A program made the position numbers and the translations under genes. A stretch of 62,986 bases of DNA, filler included, from Gonapodya sp. JEL0774 (lineage: Eukaryota): NCBI GenBank assembly GCA_027604505.1. It is 53 parts of 53 records of this genome, joined end to end, with 100 filler letters (N's around TTAATTAATTAA, not from the genome) between each part and the next. Parts side by side here need not be neighbours in the genome. Positions count along the whole stretch, not along the records: positions 13,162 to 14,256 come from JADIIX010003909.1; positions 14,357 to 15,451 come from JADIIX010003910.1; positions 15,552 to 16,645 come from JADIIX010003911.1; positions 16,746 to 17,838 come from JADIIX010003912.1; positions 17,939 to 19,031 come from JADIIX010003913.1; positions 19,132 to 20,224 come from JADIIX010003914.1; positions 20,325 to 21,417 come from JADIIX010003915.1; positions 21,518 to 22,610 come from JADIIX010003916.1; 45 more parts are not named here. The stretch is one strand, 5' to 3'. A model generated the notes under the pieces. The model was not told the DNA's origin, searched no databases, and saw only the letters and a list, made by a program, of their open reading frames with translations. Of the stretch, positions 13,171 to 26,287 are shown in pieces (position 1 is the stretch's first letter; every line of letters begins with the position of its first letter).

Positions 13171-13770
13171 CTCGATATGAAACTCATGTTTACACGGCAG
13201 CACTCTCAGCTCATCCCCTTCTTGAAAATCGTCCAGACGTATCGAACACACAGTATTGTCCGTATGGTCTCCGCCGCTAGAAGGGTCGAGTTTGACCGTG
13301 GTGTGCGGTGGGACAGTGGTCATGTCGAGGGGTGGAACTGGGGCTGGTAACAGATCAATAACAATGTCAGCAGGATGCGTTGATGTAGCAGCTGGGGAAA
13401 TGGCTGAGGATGTGGCGACGGCTGGTGCCCACGAAGACCTCCACATATGCTAATTGGTGATTGAATGGTGTGATAAGTCTTTGCAAGGGCAAGAGTCAGA
13501 CTCTAATGCTCTCACCCGCGTGATATATCCCCGAGCCCTTTCCTCGCGTCCTGGATGACTGGCTGGTCTCTTTGGTGTACCCGAAGGGATGAGGTCCCCG
13601 TCATCCGACCGAGATAGTGGACGCGTCGAGATGTCGTTAGGATTTCCCAGCAACGGCACGGAGCTATTTGACGTCGGTGAACGAAAAATGACCACACGTG
13701 TAGGTAGAGATTGGATAATCTGACAATCGAAATGATTATCCACCACGATCAAACGGTCCTCGGCAAACAT
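13171..13770 (-). CDS. RING-H2-type E3 ligase fragment with variant second ligand
   Basis: VCSIRLDDFQEGDELRVLPCKHEFH is the RING-H2 pattern, with Arg in place of Cys2. Confidence 0.75.
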
Positions 13771-14356
13771 TCCAATTCAGTTCATGGAGTCCTCACTTCA
13801 TCCTCTAATCCTCGTCGAACCTGAAGCATCTGTGGTACAGGTCGTTGTTGAGTCGCAGTGTAGTCGAGTCCCAAAGGGGACAGCCTGTTGTATATATCGG
13901 TATTCTCGTGAATTAAGTGGACTCTCCAAAACACGACGAGTCTGGAGGAACCACTCACGGATGATCCCGCACCCTCCACACCAAAAAAAGGAGTCCGAGA
14001 AAAAGACTGATTGCGGACATGATTTCCAAAACGACAAGTGTTCCATCGGGCAGATCTGTTAGCGATCGAGGCATATCATTTGCGTCTCCGGTCGGAGTAG
14101 TTGTTTGCGACGCAGACGCGCTTCCCATATCGTAGGACGTAACGCTCATAGTGAATCGAATCACTTGCGAGAGTGCCTGTTTGAAATGTTTCAATGGGGG
14201 ACTGTCCTGTTCCTCGGCAGAAAGGTAGCCGCATCCCGTGACTGCCCCTGAACAAANNNNNNNNNNNNNNNNNNNNNNNNNNNNNNNNNNNNNNNNNNNN
14301 TTAATTAATTAANNNNNNNNNNNNNNNNNNNNNNNNNNNNNNNNNNNNNNNNNNNN

Positions 14357-15451
14357 ATCGGTCAAACGGAGCTTACTGAATCCGACATCCGCCATCTTCA
14401 GAGCTGGACCATCGTTTGTACCATCTCCGGTTACGGCTACGGTTTCACCAAGAGCCTTTAGCCTTCCAACAAGAATTTGCTTGTCGGTAGGTGATGACCT
14501 GGCCAGAACTTGCAACCTAGGTATGATGGCATCCATTTGCGCCTCGGGGAGAGTTCTGAACACGGAACCTTCCCTGTACAACCGAAAATAGAGAGTTAGT
14601 TATTGTAACATCCAGCGGCCGGGATGTGATGTACAGGAACTCACATTGAGAGACCGAAGCCCTTCTTGTAAATACCGCACTGTGTCGCAATCGCCCGAGC
14701 CGTTGAAAGGTTATCACCCGTGACCTAAATGAAGAATGAAGACCGATGGTTGCAAGATATGCAATGGTTGAAATATCCTCTGCAGTACGTACCATCCGGA
14801 CAATCACTCCGGCATCTTGACAATCCTTTACGGCTTCAACGACGCCTGGTCGAAGCGGGTCTTCAATTCCCACAATACCTAAACAAACGCAGTCCCGGTG
14901 GCACAAGATATCCAAAGCAGCATCACTTGAGAGAAGTTCCTTGTCGTCAGGCACGTCCGTCTCTTCGATGACACGCTCGCTGGATCCGCCGTTGCTACTG
15001 CGTTTGAGGCCAAGGGTCTCGGGTTCCACTCCGAGATCACGTGCAACCTGCGACTCCGGATTTGTGTTGGTTCTCCGAAGTTCCGCCAATTTGACCCTCG
15101 ATGTTTCTGATCGATAGCCTTCAAGAATGTCGCCCTTGAGGAGTGCGAGGAATTCATCTTCTTCGATATCCTTGTACGCTAAACAGATTGTTCGGAGAGA
15201 TAAGTCGGCATAGCTCGTGATGAGTTTGTTATATTCCTTGACGCTCTTCTCGTCGAGGGGCTTCACCGTGGAACCAATAAGCTTGGGATCCTCCCCAATG
15301 TAGGGACCTTGTTCTGATTGCGTTGTAGGTGGTGAATACGCAAGAGGAAGCAACGCCGCATGAGAGCAGTAACCGAGTACAATCTCCGAAGCACCCTTAA
15401 CATAGACACGGTAGAAGTACCGGCCCTTTCCCTTATTTTCTGGTTCCGGCG
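14357..15451 (-). CDS. PMC1: P-type IIB Ca2+-ATPase (PMCA/Pmc1), N/P-domain fragment
   Basis: [67 protein letters not shown]. Confidence 0.95.
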
Positions 15452-16778
15452 NNNNNNNNNNNNNNNNNNNNNNNNNNNNNNNNNNNNNNNNNNNNTTAAT
15501 TAATTAANNNNNNNNNNNNNNNNNNNNNNNNNNNNNNNNNNNNNNNNNNNNTCTCCTCCACATACGGAGAACGGAAAAGAGATCTCGAATCTCATTCAGC
15601 GTCCCATTACCCCACGTCTTTATTTTCTTCATTCCTGCCCCCGTTTGCTCTTCTTGTCACGTTCCGTTCATTCCGCCCCATCCCACACCCCTTAGACCCC
15701 TGGGAACCGACCGAGCTCCCCTTGGGACAAACCTAAACAGCATTTTGCATGAACCATCATGATTCAACAGAGTCGCTCCAACTCCGCAAGTTTTCACGAT
15801 ATCATCACACCGAACGCTCGATTTTATGCGCATTCTTTCTCGTTCGTGTTTGAGAGAATTTGAAATGGTCCGATCGCTCGTGCCAGATAGAGCACCCTGT
15901 GTGTCTCTTCCCATCGGACCAAACCGGAGCACCAAAACCTGAGCGCTCTGTCGGGATGAAATCGAGTCCGGAATATTCCGGTTCGGTTCCAAAGAGTTTT
16001 CTCCTGTGCCGCTCATTCCGCTCTTCTCTCCCTCCAGCCTTTCCACAACATCCTATGCTTTGTACCAACACTCTTTCTCCCGCTCAAACAGAGTAATCAT
16101 CCTGCCATAACAGGAGACTACGTGGAGATGCTATACCACACCGTCTTCACTAGACCTACCGCTACTCCTGCTTCGATCGGTGCTGTATGGAACATCTGTA
16201 GTCGTACAACAATTGCATGTAGTCATAGAAGGTACTCAGCGTGATCCAATACATTGTCATGACCGCAACTTGGTGAGCGCTGAACAAGATGAAGATCTGC
16301 ATTTGGCTCATTCACATAGTTCCCGAGGGCAAATGATGTACTTCACGATCGGTCCAGCAAAATGGCCATCCCCATATTGGTCGGCACTCTGGAACAAATT
16401 CCAACATAAAGTTTAATCATGTAGTAAAGTACTCTGTGTAAAAACTATCCCGACTGCCACAGCGTGCAGTTGTTGTAATAATATGAGGACTCAGCTGTTC
16501 ACCTTGCCTCGAGAGAATATACTGTCACAACTGTCATAGGGAAGGAAACGTAAACGCAAGCACACACAAAGCTTGAATGAATCTTGTGTGGGACTTGAGT
16601 ACTGTTGAAGATGTCCATTCTCTTTTGTCCACCTGAAAGGACACCNNNNNNNNNNNNNNNNNNNNNNNNNNNNNNNNNNNNNNNNNNNNTTAATTAATTA
16701 ANNNNNNNNNNNNNNNNNNNNNNNNNNNNNNNNNNNNNNNNNNNNAGATATCTTTGGCAACTTGTCCGGGACACTTAC

Positions 16779-17838
16779 CTCGGTGTACAGCCTCCCTGTA
16801 GTACCGAACAGCCATATCTTCGTCCTCGTCCAACGCAAAACCAGTTTCGTACATCACACCAAGGTTGTTCCATGCTGACGGACACCCTACATTCGACACA
16901 CATGTTACTTTGCATTCTAGGTCGAGCGGAACAGCCAATCGGCAACTCACCGATTTCTGAAGCCTTCATAACAAGCTGTAGGGCTTTTTGCTCGTTCTTC
17001 TCCAGGCCATGCAAACCTTTCGCGTAGCAACAACCCAAGTAGTCCGTTGCCCGTCCGTGACCCAAAGATACAGCGATCTCCAAATACTCGATTGCTTGAA
17101 CTTCTGGATCCTTGACCTTCTCCTCCTTCTCCCGCTCTCGCTCCCGTTCCAATTCGCGTTCTCTTTCTCTCTCCCTCGCGAGCTTTGCTTCCTGACCCTT
17201 CAATGCCGGTTTCTTTTTGCCACGCCTGGTGTCTTTTGGTGGAAGATCCAGACCACCGAAAGCCGAAGAGCTACGAACCGGAGGTGCTCGGATGAGTTGG
17301 CACGCCGCGCGAAAGTATTCCTCTGCAACTTTCAGAACTGCTTGTCGAATGGTACGCTCTAGCGTTTGATATATGTAAATACAGATAATGGTGGTGATGT
17401 CGGGTGTGTGATCCTAGAAGATCAAAATGAGCTTACTCACCTTCTTGGTCCTTCACGGGCTCGGACCACACCTCGTCCGATCCACCCAAATCCATCCCTT
17501 TCTTTCCATCTGCAGCGGGATGTTCGTCAGACATCTCCCCGGACTTTTGAGCATCGCCTTTGGAGTCGTCGTCCTTATTAATCGCGTCCGCGGCAACTTC
17601 TGGCTTCTCTCCTTGATCTTTGTCCTCAACCGAGTCCTCAACCTTCGTCTCACCATTGATCTTCTCATCTTCTGTGTCAGCCGTCTTCTCCTCCGGTTTC
17701 GTTTCTGCGCCGTTCAATTTGGCTTCTTCCGGCTTTTCAGTCGGAGACTTGAGGGTCGTGCCTGCGTCCGGAACCTCGGCAGCTTTCGCTGCAGGCGCAG
17801 CAGGTGATGCTGAAGGCTCTGGGACTTCGAGCTTTCCT
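16779..17838 (-). CDS. Sel1-repeat protein fragment
   Basis: ATDYLGCCYAKGLHGLEKNEQKALQL and AWNNLGVMYETGFALDEDEDMAVRYY are SLR repeats. Confidence 0.85.
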
Positions 17839-17938
17839 NNNNNNNNNNNNNNNNNNNNNNNNNNNNNNNNNNNNNNNNNNNNTTAATTAATTAANNNNNN
17901 NNNNNNNNNNNNNNNNNNNNNNNNNNNNNNNNNNNNNN

Positions 17939-19031
17939 CCAGATAGGTCCGTGACGTTCCCGGAGGGACTGGTGGAACCTCGGAACTGACGACAAAGTAC
18001 GCCGTAGTCTACAGCAGACATGGGCCGACGGCACAATTCTGAGAAGGAGAGAAGGCAGGCAGTGCCGTTTGGGGATGCGACAGTCACAGGGACAGACAAC
18101 GATCTTCCGAGTCCTGGTACATCCAGAAAAAGTGGACTTGGGGTTGCGCCAACACAGACGCGGGACCAGGCTGCTGAGAAGTTGAACCGGACCTCCGGCG
18201 AGAATGAAGGATGGAAGTATGTGGAGACCAGAAGAGAGTTTTCTGATAAATAGGGTTTCTGGGAAGTTGGAGTGGACCCTCGGCGGTAGTCCTTCGTGGT
18301 CTTGACCTCGAAAATCTAAAATTTTGGGATGTGAGTTGTTGAAAAGGCCGATGATTTGTCATGAGTACGCCACAACTCGCACCTACTTCGCACTCGTTTT
18401 TGAGGAGGTGGATAAACGGCAAGAAAACTCTGCGGTTCAATCCGTTTTCGTACAAGCGGTCCGGATGGCGGTTTGAAGTGGCGAGAAGTACTCCGCCGTT
18501 TTCGAAATACGATTCAAACAGCCGTCGGAGGACCATCGCGTCAACAATATCGTGGACCTAGAAGCGGCAAAAGCTTGAGCAAAATCACTGTCTTCGACAG
18601 TGGCGAATAGGTTCGACACACCTGGAACTCATCAAAGCAAACCACTTGATGTTCTTCAAACAGTTCCTTCCCAATGATGACCAGTGGATCTCGCGTCTGC
18701 CATCTGGATTTCATATTGAGCGTGTGTAATTTCGCATGGGTTTCCCTCATAAAGACATGAAAATGCTGGCGTAGTGATCCAAGGTTTGAACCAACTCGGT
18801 CGTGCCAGAGGTCCAACAGCAGTGTCTTTCCCGTTCCAACGGATCCATGAATGTATAGTCCTTTCGGTCGCTTTCCCGGCTTGATAAAGTCATCTGTGAC
18901 TCTCTGCAGTCGCGCCGCGAGGTCCACTTGGGACGAATCCCGTTCTAATCCTATTGAAGAAACTAGATCGCTGTAGGCATTTGTGAACGACAAGGAGCGC
19001 CGCTGGATTAAGACAGCGCTATATTTGCAGG
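17939..19031 (-). CDS. AFG1: AFG1/ZapE-family ATPase, partial
   Basis: PKGLYIHGSVGTGKT (Walker A), CFDEFQV (Walker B), ATSNRHPDRLYENGLNR. Confidence 0.93.
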
Positions 19032-19446
19032 NNNNNNNNNNNNNNNNNNNNNNNNNNNNNNNNNNNNNNNNNNNNTTAATTAATTAANNNNNNNNNNNNN
19101 NNNNNNNNNNNNNNNNNNNNNNNNNNNNNNNGCTTCCATTTCGTGACGAGCAAATATGTGCTGTCGGATCTTCGTCGGGCATTTCCTCTTACAGAGGTGT
19201 GCGCTCATGAAAGGATTGATATATATGTATGTGCACAACGGCAAATAGATGTGAGATGCTCATCCCATGTTCTTTCTTGAGTTCGGTGGCACCGACGCAC
19301 GCGAGTTATATTACAATATTATTGTGGTAGTCAGTATGTGGGTACTTCACGCTCGACATCTTCATGATCGCCCTGAACCGTATCCCTGTGAGTTCTCGTA
19401 TGATGTAGGGTTCCTCCGGTATCTAAAAAAGATAAAGTTCTCGATA

Positions 19447-20224
19447 TCAAAACCTTCTCCGCTTTACTCCAATACGCTTTGGTCCAGGTTGGCCATCCCC
19501 CTCTCCGACCGCATCGATATTCTCCACTGGCTTCGTCCAAGCCGGTCCCTCCCACGCAGCAGCCATTGGTGCGTTTGTGGTAGGCTCTGTTTCATCATTG
19601 GGTCGAATTGTGAATGCACCTCGTTGGACGTAAGTGACGGAATCCAACGAGGTGGGGTGCATTACGGCAGCTACATTTGCATTGTTCTGAGCATGTTCAG
19701 GTTCGAGAAGTTTCAGGGATACAAAAAAGTCTGTCCGGGGAAGCAAAATGTGTGGATCTCTAGAGTTGGAGTGAATGTCGCAACATACTCAACTTACCGT
19801 AGACTTTATCCACACTCGAAGGTGGTGCATGAAACCATTCTCTGGCGTCTTGCTAAATATGTTGCAAGTGTTGAGCAAGAGTGTGCTCGAAAAATACTAA
19901 AAGCCAAACTTGGATTCTGCTGGCAATACACGTACCTTCTTGAAGAACTGATACCTGTTGCGAACCCCGATCATGACGTCCTTTATGTGAAGATATTGCG
20001 ACGGTAGGAGCTGCGCTCGCTCACACATATGAATCTCAGCGGGATCGAGAAACTTGTAACCCTCCATGGATGCGTCGAGTCGAAATGGTGGTCCATTCGG
20101 ATCTGGCGGCGAGATTTCCCCTGAAACAGATCTTATCACACGACCTCAATATCGATTCTCGAGTGTTTAGCAACTTACCGGTGTTTGAGTCGTTCGATGG
20201 ATCCGCTTCGTCATCCTTATTGGA
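19447..20224 (-). CDS. SWIRM-domain protein (Fun19/YOR338W-like), C-terminal part
   Basis: GYKFLDPAEIHMCERAQLLPSQYLHIKDVMI...FFKK, then spliced QDAREWF...VDKVY and DFFVSLKLL. Confidence 0.7.
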
Positions 20225-20324
20225 NNNNNNNNNNNNNNNNNNNNNNNNNNNNNNNNNNNNNNNNNNNNTTAATTAATTAANNNNNNNNNNNNNNNNNNNN
20301 NNNNNNNNNNNNNNNNNNNNNNNN

Positions 20325-21417
20325 GAAGATGAGAGTGCAGCCAGAGATGGGTCGATCAGGTCCGCGTCGAAGTTGAAGTTGATTGCCGGTCGGGTGTGCG
20401 GGGGAGCTGTTGCAGCGGAGCTCTCATTTTCTTCCTCGGACAATATATCTTCTTCAGGTGCCATATCAATACCACCTGGCATCCCACCGGGTCGCATGCC
20501 TGCCACTGCTGCCGCGATTTTACGACCGTGAGGGGTGTCCGGCCATACTAAATCATGCAAATCATCGAATGCAAACGGTAGGTCCACGTCGTCTGGGGCA
20601 GCGCCACGAACGATATCTGATATTCGAATGCCCGGAACGGCGGCGCCCGTTCTGGGGGTGGGTTGTGGTGCGTTGAGGATGGACGCGATACCCTCCATTG
20701 TCTCTGCATCCATCTCAACTGCTTCCCATTCCCATCCGTCCCCATCCCCTCCACCCAACGACCCAGATAACCCGCTATCCGACGATACAGTCTCCATATC
20801 AATGTCATCGTCATCGTCGTCGTCGCCAGATCCTGATATGCTGCCTTCCTCATCGTCGAGTGCATAACCTACAACAGTTCCGTCCGCCGCTAAGACTGCA
20901 TGTCGTTCATCAAAGTGGTCTGCAAGAGCGTGCAGGTCAGAAAAGTGGGCCCCACAACACTGGAAGTCTCGGGTGAATGAGGAGGGGTGTTCGGATTGCT
21001 GGATGATTCGAAAGTGAAAATGGGAAAAAGGCTTCTCGCACACATTCCAGAATACTGGAACACACAACTTACTTCACGTAAATGAAGAGGTGAGTCGGTG
21101 AGGGACGATGGGGTGAGCTGGGATACGAATGTGAAATTGTTGTAGAAGCTTTGCACGGGCGAGTGAGGATAAAAATGGTATCCATTTGAAGCTTGAACAA
21201 AGGGCGGAATTAGTAACATTGACAGTAGAACTCACTCCAGCACTGCATGCTCTCTCGCTAGACCTCTCATCGACCGGGACAAACTCCCATGACTTGTTGC
21301 GGATCCTGCCGGGGAACGTCCCAGCAGAGCTGCTTGCAGGCTGAGCTGGCGGCTTTGATGCGATTTTGACAGTTGTCGAGAAGAAACTCCCAGTTTTTGC
21401 TCGCCAAGTTCTGGTAT
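20325..21417 (-). CDS. Sfp1-like C2H2 transcription factor, N-terminal region
   Basis: FTRDFQCCGAHFSDLHALADHFDERH matches the Sfp1 N-terminal split-finger motif. Confidence 0.7.
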
Positions 21418-21574
21418 NNNNNNNNNNNNNNNNNNNNNNNNNNNNNNNNNNNNNNNNNNNNTTAATTAATTAANNNNNNNNNNNNNNNNNNNNNNNNNNN
21501 NNNNNNNNNNNNNNNNNTACCTTGTCCCGTTTCATATTGGAAGTGACACATTCGCACTTCCATGTGATTGCTCA

Positions 21575-22610
21575 GCTGCGAAGCCATATGCCCAGGCTTA
21601 TGGCGGTACACAGTTTGGAATATGGGCTGGCCAGTAGGTTCTCATTTCTGGTTGACTCACGTCCCTTGCTCTGTCTTCACACTCTTTCCATTCTCCAAAC
21701 AGACTGGGCGACGGTCGCGCAATAACCCTCGGAACGATCCGCAACCCATCAACTGATGTACCGTGGGACGTCAATCTCAAGGGAGCCGGTAGAACACCTT
21801 ACTCACGTGTGTTTGACGGCCTAGCAGTCTTGCGATCGTCTATACGCGAGTTTCTCGGTAGCGAGCTGCTCCAAACTATGGTCGCGCCTCTACTATCCGC
21901 CTCTGGATCTTCTCGAACTTCGCTGACCTCACGTGCACTCGCACTGACCGTAACTCGCAAGCCTGTCTATCGGGAGGACGGAGTGCAACCGTCGGCAGTT
22001 GTCGCCCGATTGGCACCTGGCGCAGGCTGGATTCGCATCGGCACGTTCGAGCTGCAAGTCATTCGCAAAGACGCTGACTTGATCAAGAAGCTGGCTGATT
22101 TTGTTATCGACGAGCACTTCCCGCACATCAAAGTTGCGAAACCGGGTCGTGACGAGGTTACCTTGCCCGGTGGATCGGAGCGAGGAGTTCCAAATGTATA
22201 CGGGCGGCTCTTGCGAGAAGTGTCCGAGCGTAATGCCGAGATGGTGGCTTCTTGGCAGGCCGTTGGTGAGTTTTCGGTCAGATTATGGAATCTCGAGCCC
22301 CACTAAGAACGTTCATGTTGTCAGGTTTCACTCACGGTGTAGTCAACACGGACAACACGTCCCTGGAAGGCGTAACCATTGATTTCGGCCCGTATGGCTT
22401 CCTTGAAGATGTGAGCGTCATGTGTCATTCCTTAGCACGGTTCCACCGAACCTAAACTTCACCTTTTCGCCGAGAAGTTCGATCCAAACTATGCCTCCAA
22501 CTCGGAGGATCACGACCTCCGCTACTCCTACGCCAACCAACCCGACGCCATATTGTTCAACCTCGCACGGTTCGGTCGCTGTCTCTTGGACCTCGTGGAC
22601 ATTGAGACGA
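21575..22610 (+). CDS. SELENOO: Protein adenylyltransferase SelO (YdiU/Fmp40), internal fragment
   Basis: [66 protein letters not shown]. Confidence 0.95.
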
Positions 22611-22710
22611 NNNNNNNNNNNNNNNNNNNNNNNNNNNNNNNNNNNNNNNNNNNNTTAATTAATTAANNNNNNNNNNNNNNNNNNNNNNNNNNNNNNNNNN
22701 NNNNNNNNNN

Positions 22711-23105
22711 AGTGCGAGACCTGTGAGCGAGGCGTACAGGAATGGGCGGAGACGGGTGCGCGGTGTCCCAGGTGTCCCAGGTGGAGGAGGGGGAGTCGCC
22801 TTGGCAGAGTCCGAGTGTGATGTGGAATCGTCCGGCGAAGGGGGGACGACTCCACCACCCGGCACACTCCTCGCATTCTGCCCGCACCGAACGGATCCAG
22901 AAAAAAATCTGAGTCCCCCGGGAATCATGGTGGGCGGACCTGCCCAGGTCGCTGGCCCGGGGACCGGACGCGGACGCGACGGGGACGGGCAGAACGAGAG
23001 ACCAGCGATCCCACGACCCGTGAGGAGCAGCACACGACCCATCATCGACGGAGACGACACTCGAAAACGCTGTGGATGGCGAATCCTCGTAATCGCCATC
23101 GCCAT
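22711..23105 (-). CDS. Hypothetical protein N-terminus, possibly mitochondrial
   Basis: Arg-rich leader in an ORF that stays open to the contig end, ending at the start of a hydrophobic stretch (FLYASLTGLA). Confidence 0.3.
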
Positions 23106-23226
23106 CGCGTCCGTCGAGGGAGTCGGACGATGTCAATCCTCTATGAACTTACTTATTTGTACGCCTCGCGGTATGTACATAGAAGGAAAGGAACCCCCCG
23201 TGCTCTTGCAAAGAGGACGCAAAACG

Positions 23227-23650
23227 ATGGACAAATTTCCACTCGCTAAACTACAACCGAAGCTGCTACTTCGCGTCTCGCTGTATTGGATCGACCATCC
23301 GTTCGGTTTGCCCACAGATCTAGAGGCAATCAATAACAAATTATATCTCTGCTCGATCCTGTCAGACCTTTTCACGACTGCGAATCGCGTCATCACAAAA
23401 CGGGGAAGCGCTCAACTCGCTTTTGCGTGCGAAGTTCGGCGATCTGAAGTCACCGGGCGGGTACTTTCGCGTTCCAGATATACTGCCTTGCTAGAGGAGC
23501 ATGAAACGGGAACACTACATTTGAAGTTCAGACACGATGTGACAGTAGTCCGGCTAAAACTAGCACCACCGCCTTGATACTCACTAGCTTAGCTGGAGAT
23601 GCGAAGGCAACTCGATATCTTTGTGAGCGTGGATCGAGCTGTCGGCCCAA
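23227..23650 (+). pseudogene. Degenerate F-box plus ankyrin-repeat gene
   Basis: MDKFPLAKLQPKLLLRVSLYWI is F-box-like. The ankyrin-like TALILTSLAGDAKATRYLCERG lies in a different frame with no clear intron. Confidence 0.5.
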
Positions 23651-23904
23651 GCTGGGATCACGGGGCACCCACCCCCGCCCACACCCACTGACGTGACCGC
23701 CCGGGGGTCTCCGTATCGAGGTACTTGCTATGTAAATCGTTGAGTTCTTGATGTCTTGAGCGTTCGCAGACTCCAACAACGTGACCTGCAGGCGGGCACC
23801 TCGNNNNNNNNNNNNNNNNNNNNNNNNNNNNNNNNNNNNNNNNNNNNTTAATTAATTAANNNNNNNNNNNNNNNNNNNNNNNNNNNNNNNNNNNNNNNNN
23901 NNNA

Positions 23905-24995
23905 ATGGCACAAGTTATCGTTGTCGGTGGTGGTCTCTCCGGTCTCTCGGCCGCCCACACTGTTCTCGAGCGCGGCGGAAACGTCGTTGTCATCGAGAAG
24001 AACTCTTTCATGGGTGGTAACTCTACCAAGGCCACCTCGGGAATGAACGGCGCTCTCACCAGGACTCAAGTCAAGCTTGGCATCCCCGTGAGTTCCTCAC
24101 CTGATCTGCACCGTAATTTTGCGGAGTACTTGGCCACACGGGGAAGATGGAGTGATTTGTCTTTCCTCGGGGACTTCTGGATGCGTGGGTGCGACCGAGA
24201 TTGGATTCCGCGCACCTGCGAATGACCATCGCATCGCAGGCATGGACCAGCAGCACCTGGAGTCTAACGATATCATTCCTCCCTAACGTCTTCGATGAAA
24301 ATCGACCGTCTTGATTGTCCCTGTTCTTTTTGTCGGTCTTCCCTTCTCGTTATACGAGAAGATTCTGATCCCCTCCCTTTACACTTCATCTCACTTTCTA
24401 GGACTCTGCTGAGGCTTTCTACGACGACTCTGCAAGATCCGCTCGTGACCTCATTATTCCTTCTCTCACCAAAGTCCTCACCTACAACTCCGGATCCGCC
24501 GTTGAATGGGTTCAGGACAAGTTCGGCGTCGACCTTTCGCTCGTCTCCCGTCTTGGTGGTCACAGCCACCCCCGTACTGTGCGTCTTGCTGCTTTGTGGT
24601 CGAAGAGCAGATGGGGGAATCTCTCGAGACTCATCTCTTTGTCTCCATATTCACCCCTGTTCACTTCTTGGACTCCCCCCCCCCCTCTGTGAAATCAAAT
24701 CTCACTCTGTACACAGCACCGTGGTACCGAGAAGTTCCCCGGTATGACCATCACTTACGCATTGATGGAGAAGCTCGAGGACATTGCCGCCGCCACCCCC
24801 AACCGTGCCCGCGTCATTAAGAAGGCCCGCGTCACCCGCCTGTTGAAGTCTGAGGACCAAAAGGAGGTTATCGGTGTTGAGTACACGGACGAGTCTGGTG
24901 CTGCGAAGCAGGAGTACGGAACCGTTGTCCTCTCTACTGGTGGTTACGCCGCCGACTTCTCTGAGACCTCGCTCCTCCAGAAGTGGAGGTGCGTT
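23905..24995 (+). CDS. OSM1: Soluble fumarate reductase flavoprotein (Osm1/Frd1 type), 5' part
   Basis: VIVVGGGLSGLSAAH, GGNSTKATSGMNGA, VSRLGGHSHPRTHRG, VVLSTGGYAADF. Confidence 0.93.
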
Positions 24996-25095
24996 NNNNN
25001 NNNNNNNNNNNNNNNNNNNNNNNNNNNNNNNNNNNNNNNTTAATTAATTAANNNNNNNNNNNNNNNNNNNNNNNNNNNNNNNNNNNNNNNNNNNN

Positions 25096-25772
25096 CATTG
25101 GCATATAAGTTCGGACAGTAGTGGTTGTAAACGTTTTGCCCAAAAGCTGAATGAAAATTCGAAATATTTTTAATGAACACGAAAGGTGTGGAGCAAACTC
25201 TCAACGGAGCACGTACTTCTCGCGCTTCCCTCCATTCTTTCCCGTTAGGAATCAGAATCAGTCCACCAGCATGGTAGGTTTGACTGGGATCTTGGCTCCA
25301 GATTGGCCTGTCGAATGCCTCCCAATCTTTTCCTACAAAGATTTCCCGCAAGATTGCGGGGTGGCCAACAATGACATTTGATCGCCACGGCTTCCACTGT
25401 GAGTTTGGAAATAGGATAGCGAGTCTATGCACGTTTCCTTTTGTTTATCAAACACGAAAGCTTTTACGTACAGGCAAAATTCCTCGAATAACGGTCTGAC
25501 CACTTTTCCGAGAATCTGTCAATCTTACTTGATGCTGAGTCCGAATCTGATCCGCTCTTGGTGAGTTAACAAACGGAATACCAATTTCTACCTGCAGGAT
25601 CATGAACGGAGATTTGTTGGATCCGGCAACAGTGTCTTCTTCACCAGTGGGAACTCACAGGAACGTCATCGCCGTAATCGAGGTAACTCCTCCTGAAAAC
25701 TTCGTAGACAAGGAATATCGCAGCGACGACGGCGACAACTACGGGGATTGAGAGCGAAATCTCGGGGGACAT
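25096..25772 (-). CDS. Cytochrome P450 N-terminal part
   Basis: N-terminal TM anchor (VVAVVAAIFLVY), then VIVGHPAILREIF, FDRP and GLILIPNGKEWREAR (WxxxR helix C). Confidence 0.72.
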
Positions 25773-26287
25773 GTGCCTGCGAGCGTTGAAACAGGTTTGT
25801 GGTGCAGTTGGTGTGTGGTGCAGTTTTTGACCCGCTCTTTCACCGGCTCACCCATCCGATGGCATAAGATGAACCGATGATCAGATGGAGCGGGGTTACC
25901 TGAACTTCCAATCCCTGCGCATTCACACGCATTCCCACCTCCGCTCATAAAAAACAAAACGCAGCAACACAACATAAAAATTTAGGTTAGTGGAGTGAGG
26001 ACTACGGACCGTTGCCCTCCTCTGATCCTCCATACCTGATGATCGCCTTCTGCGGCTCATATATTTGCACACTGAGTAGAACACCTACTGCCATTCTAAT
26101 CAGCTAAAAACCGTACAATACACGAAAATTGTACCGGTCCAAAAGTTCAAACGACTGCGAGTTTATCGAACTTTTCAAAACTTTCTANNNNNNNNNNNNN
26201 NNNNNNNNNNNNNNNNNNNNNNNNNNNNNNNTTAATTAATTAANNNNNNNNNNNNNNNNNNNNNNNNNNNNNNNNNNNNNNNNNNNN

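Noticed and set aside
13450..13452. In-frame TAG within the RING gene suggesting a pseudogene or readthrough
   Set aside because: It is the acceptor of a GTGAGA...TAG intron.
15552..16645. Short ORFs on both strands
   Set aside because: No recognisable coding signal; probably intergenic or UTR sequence.
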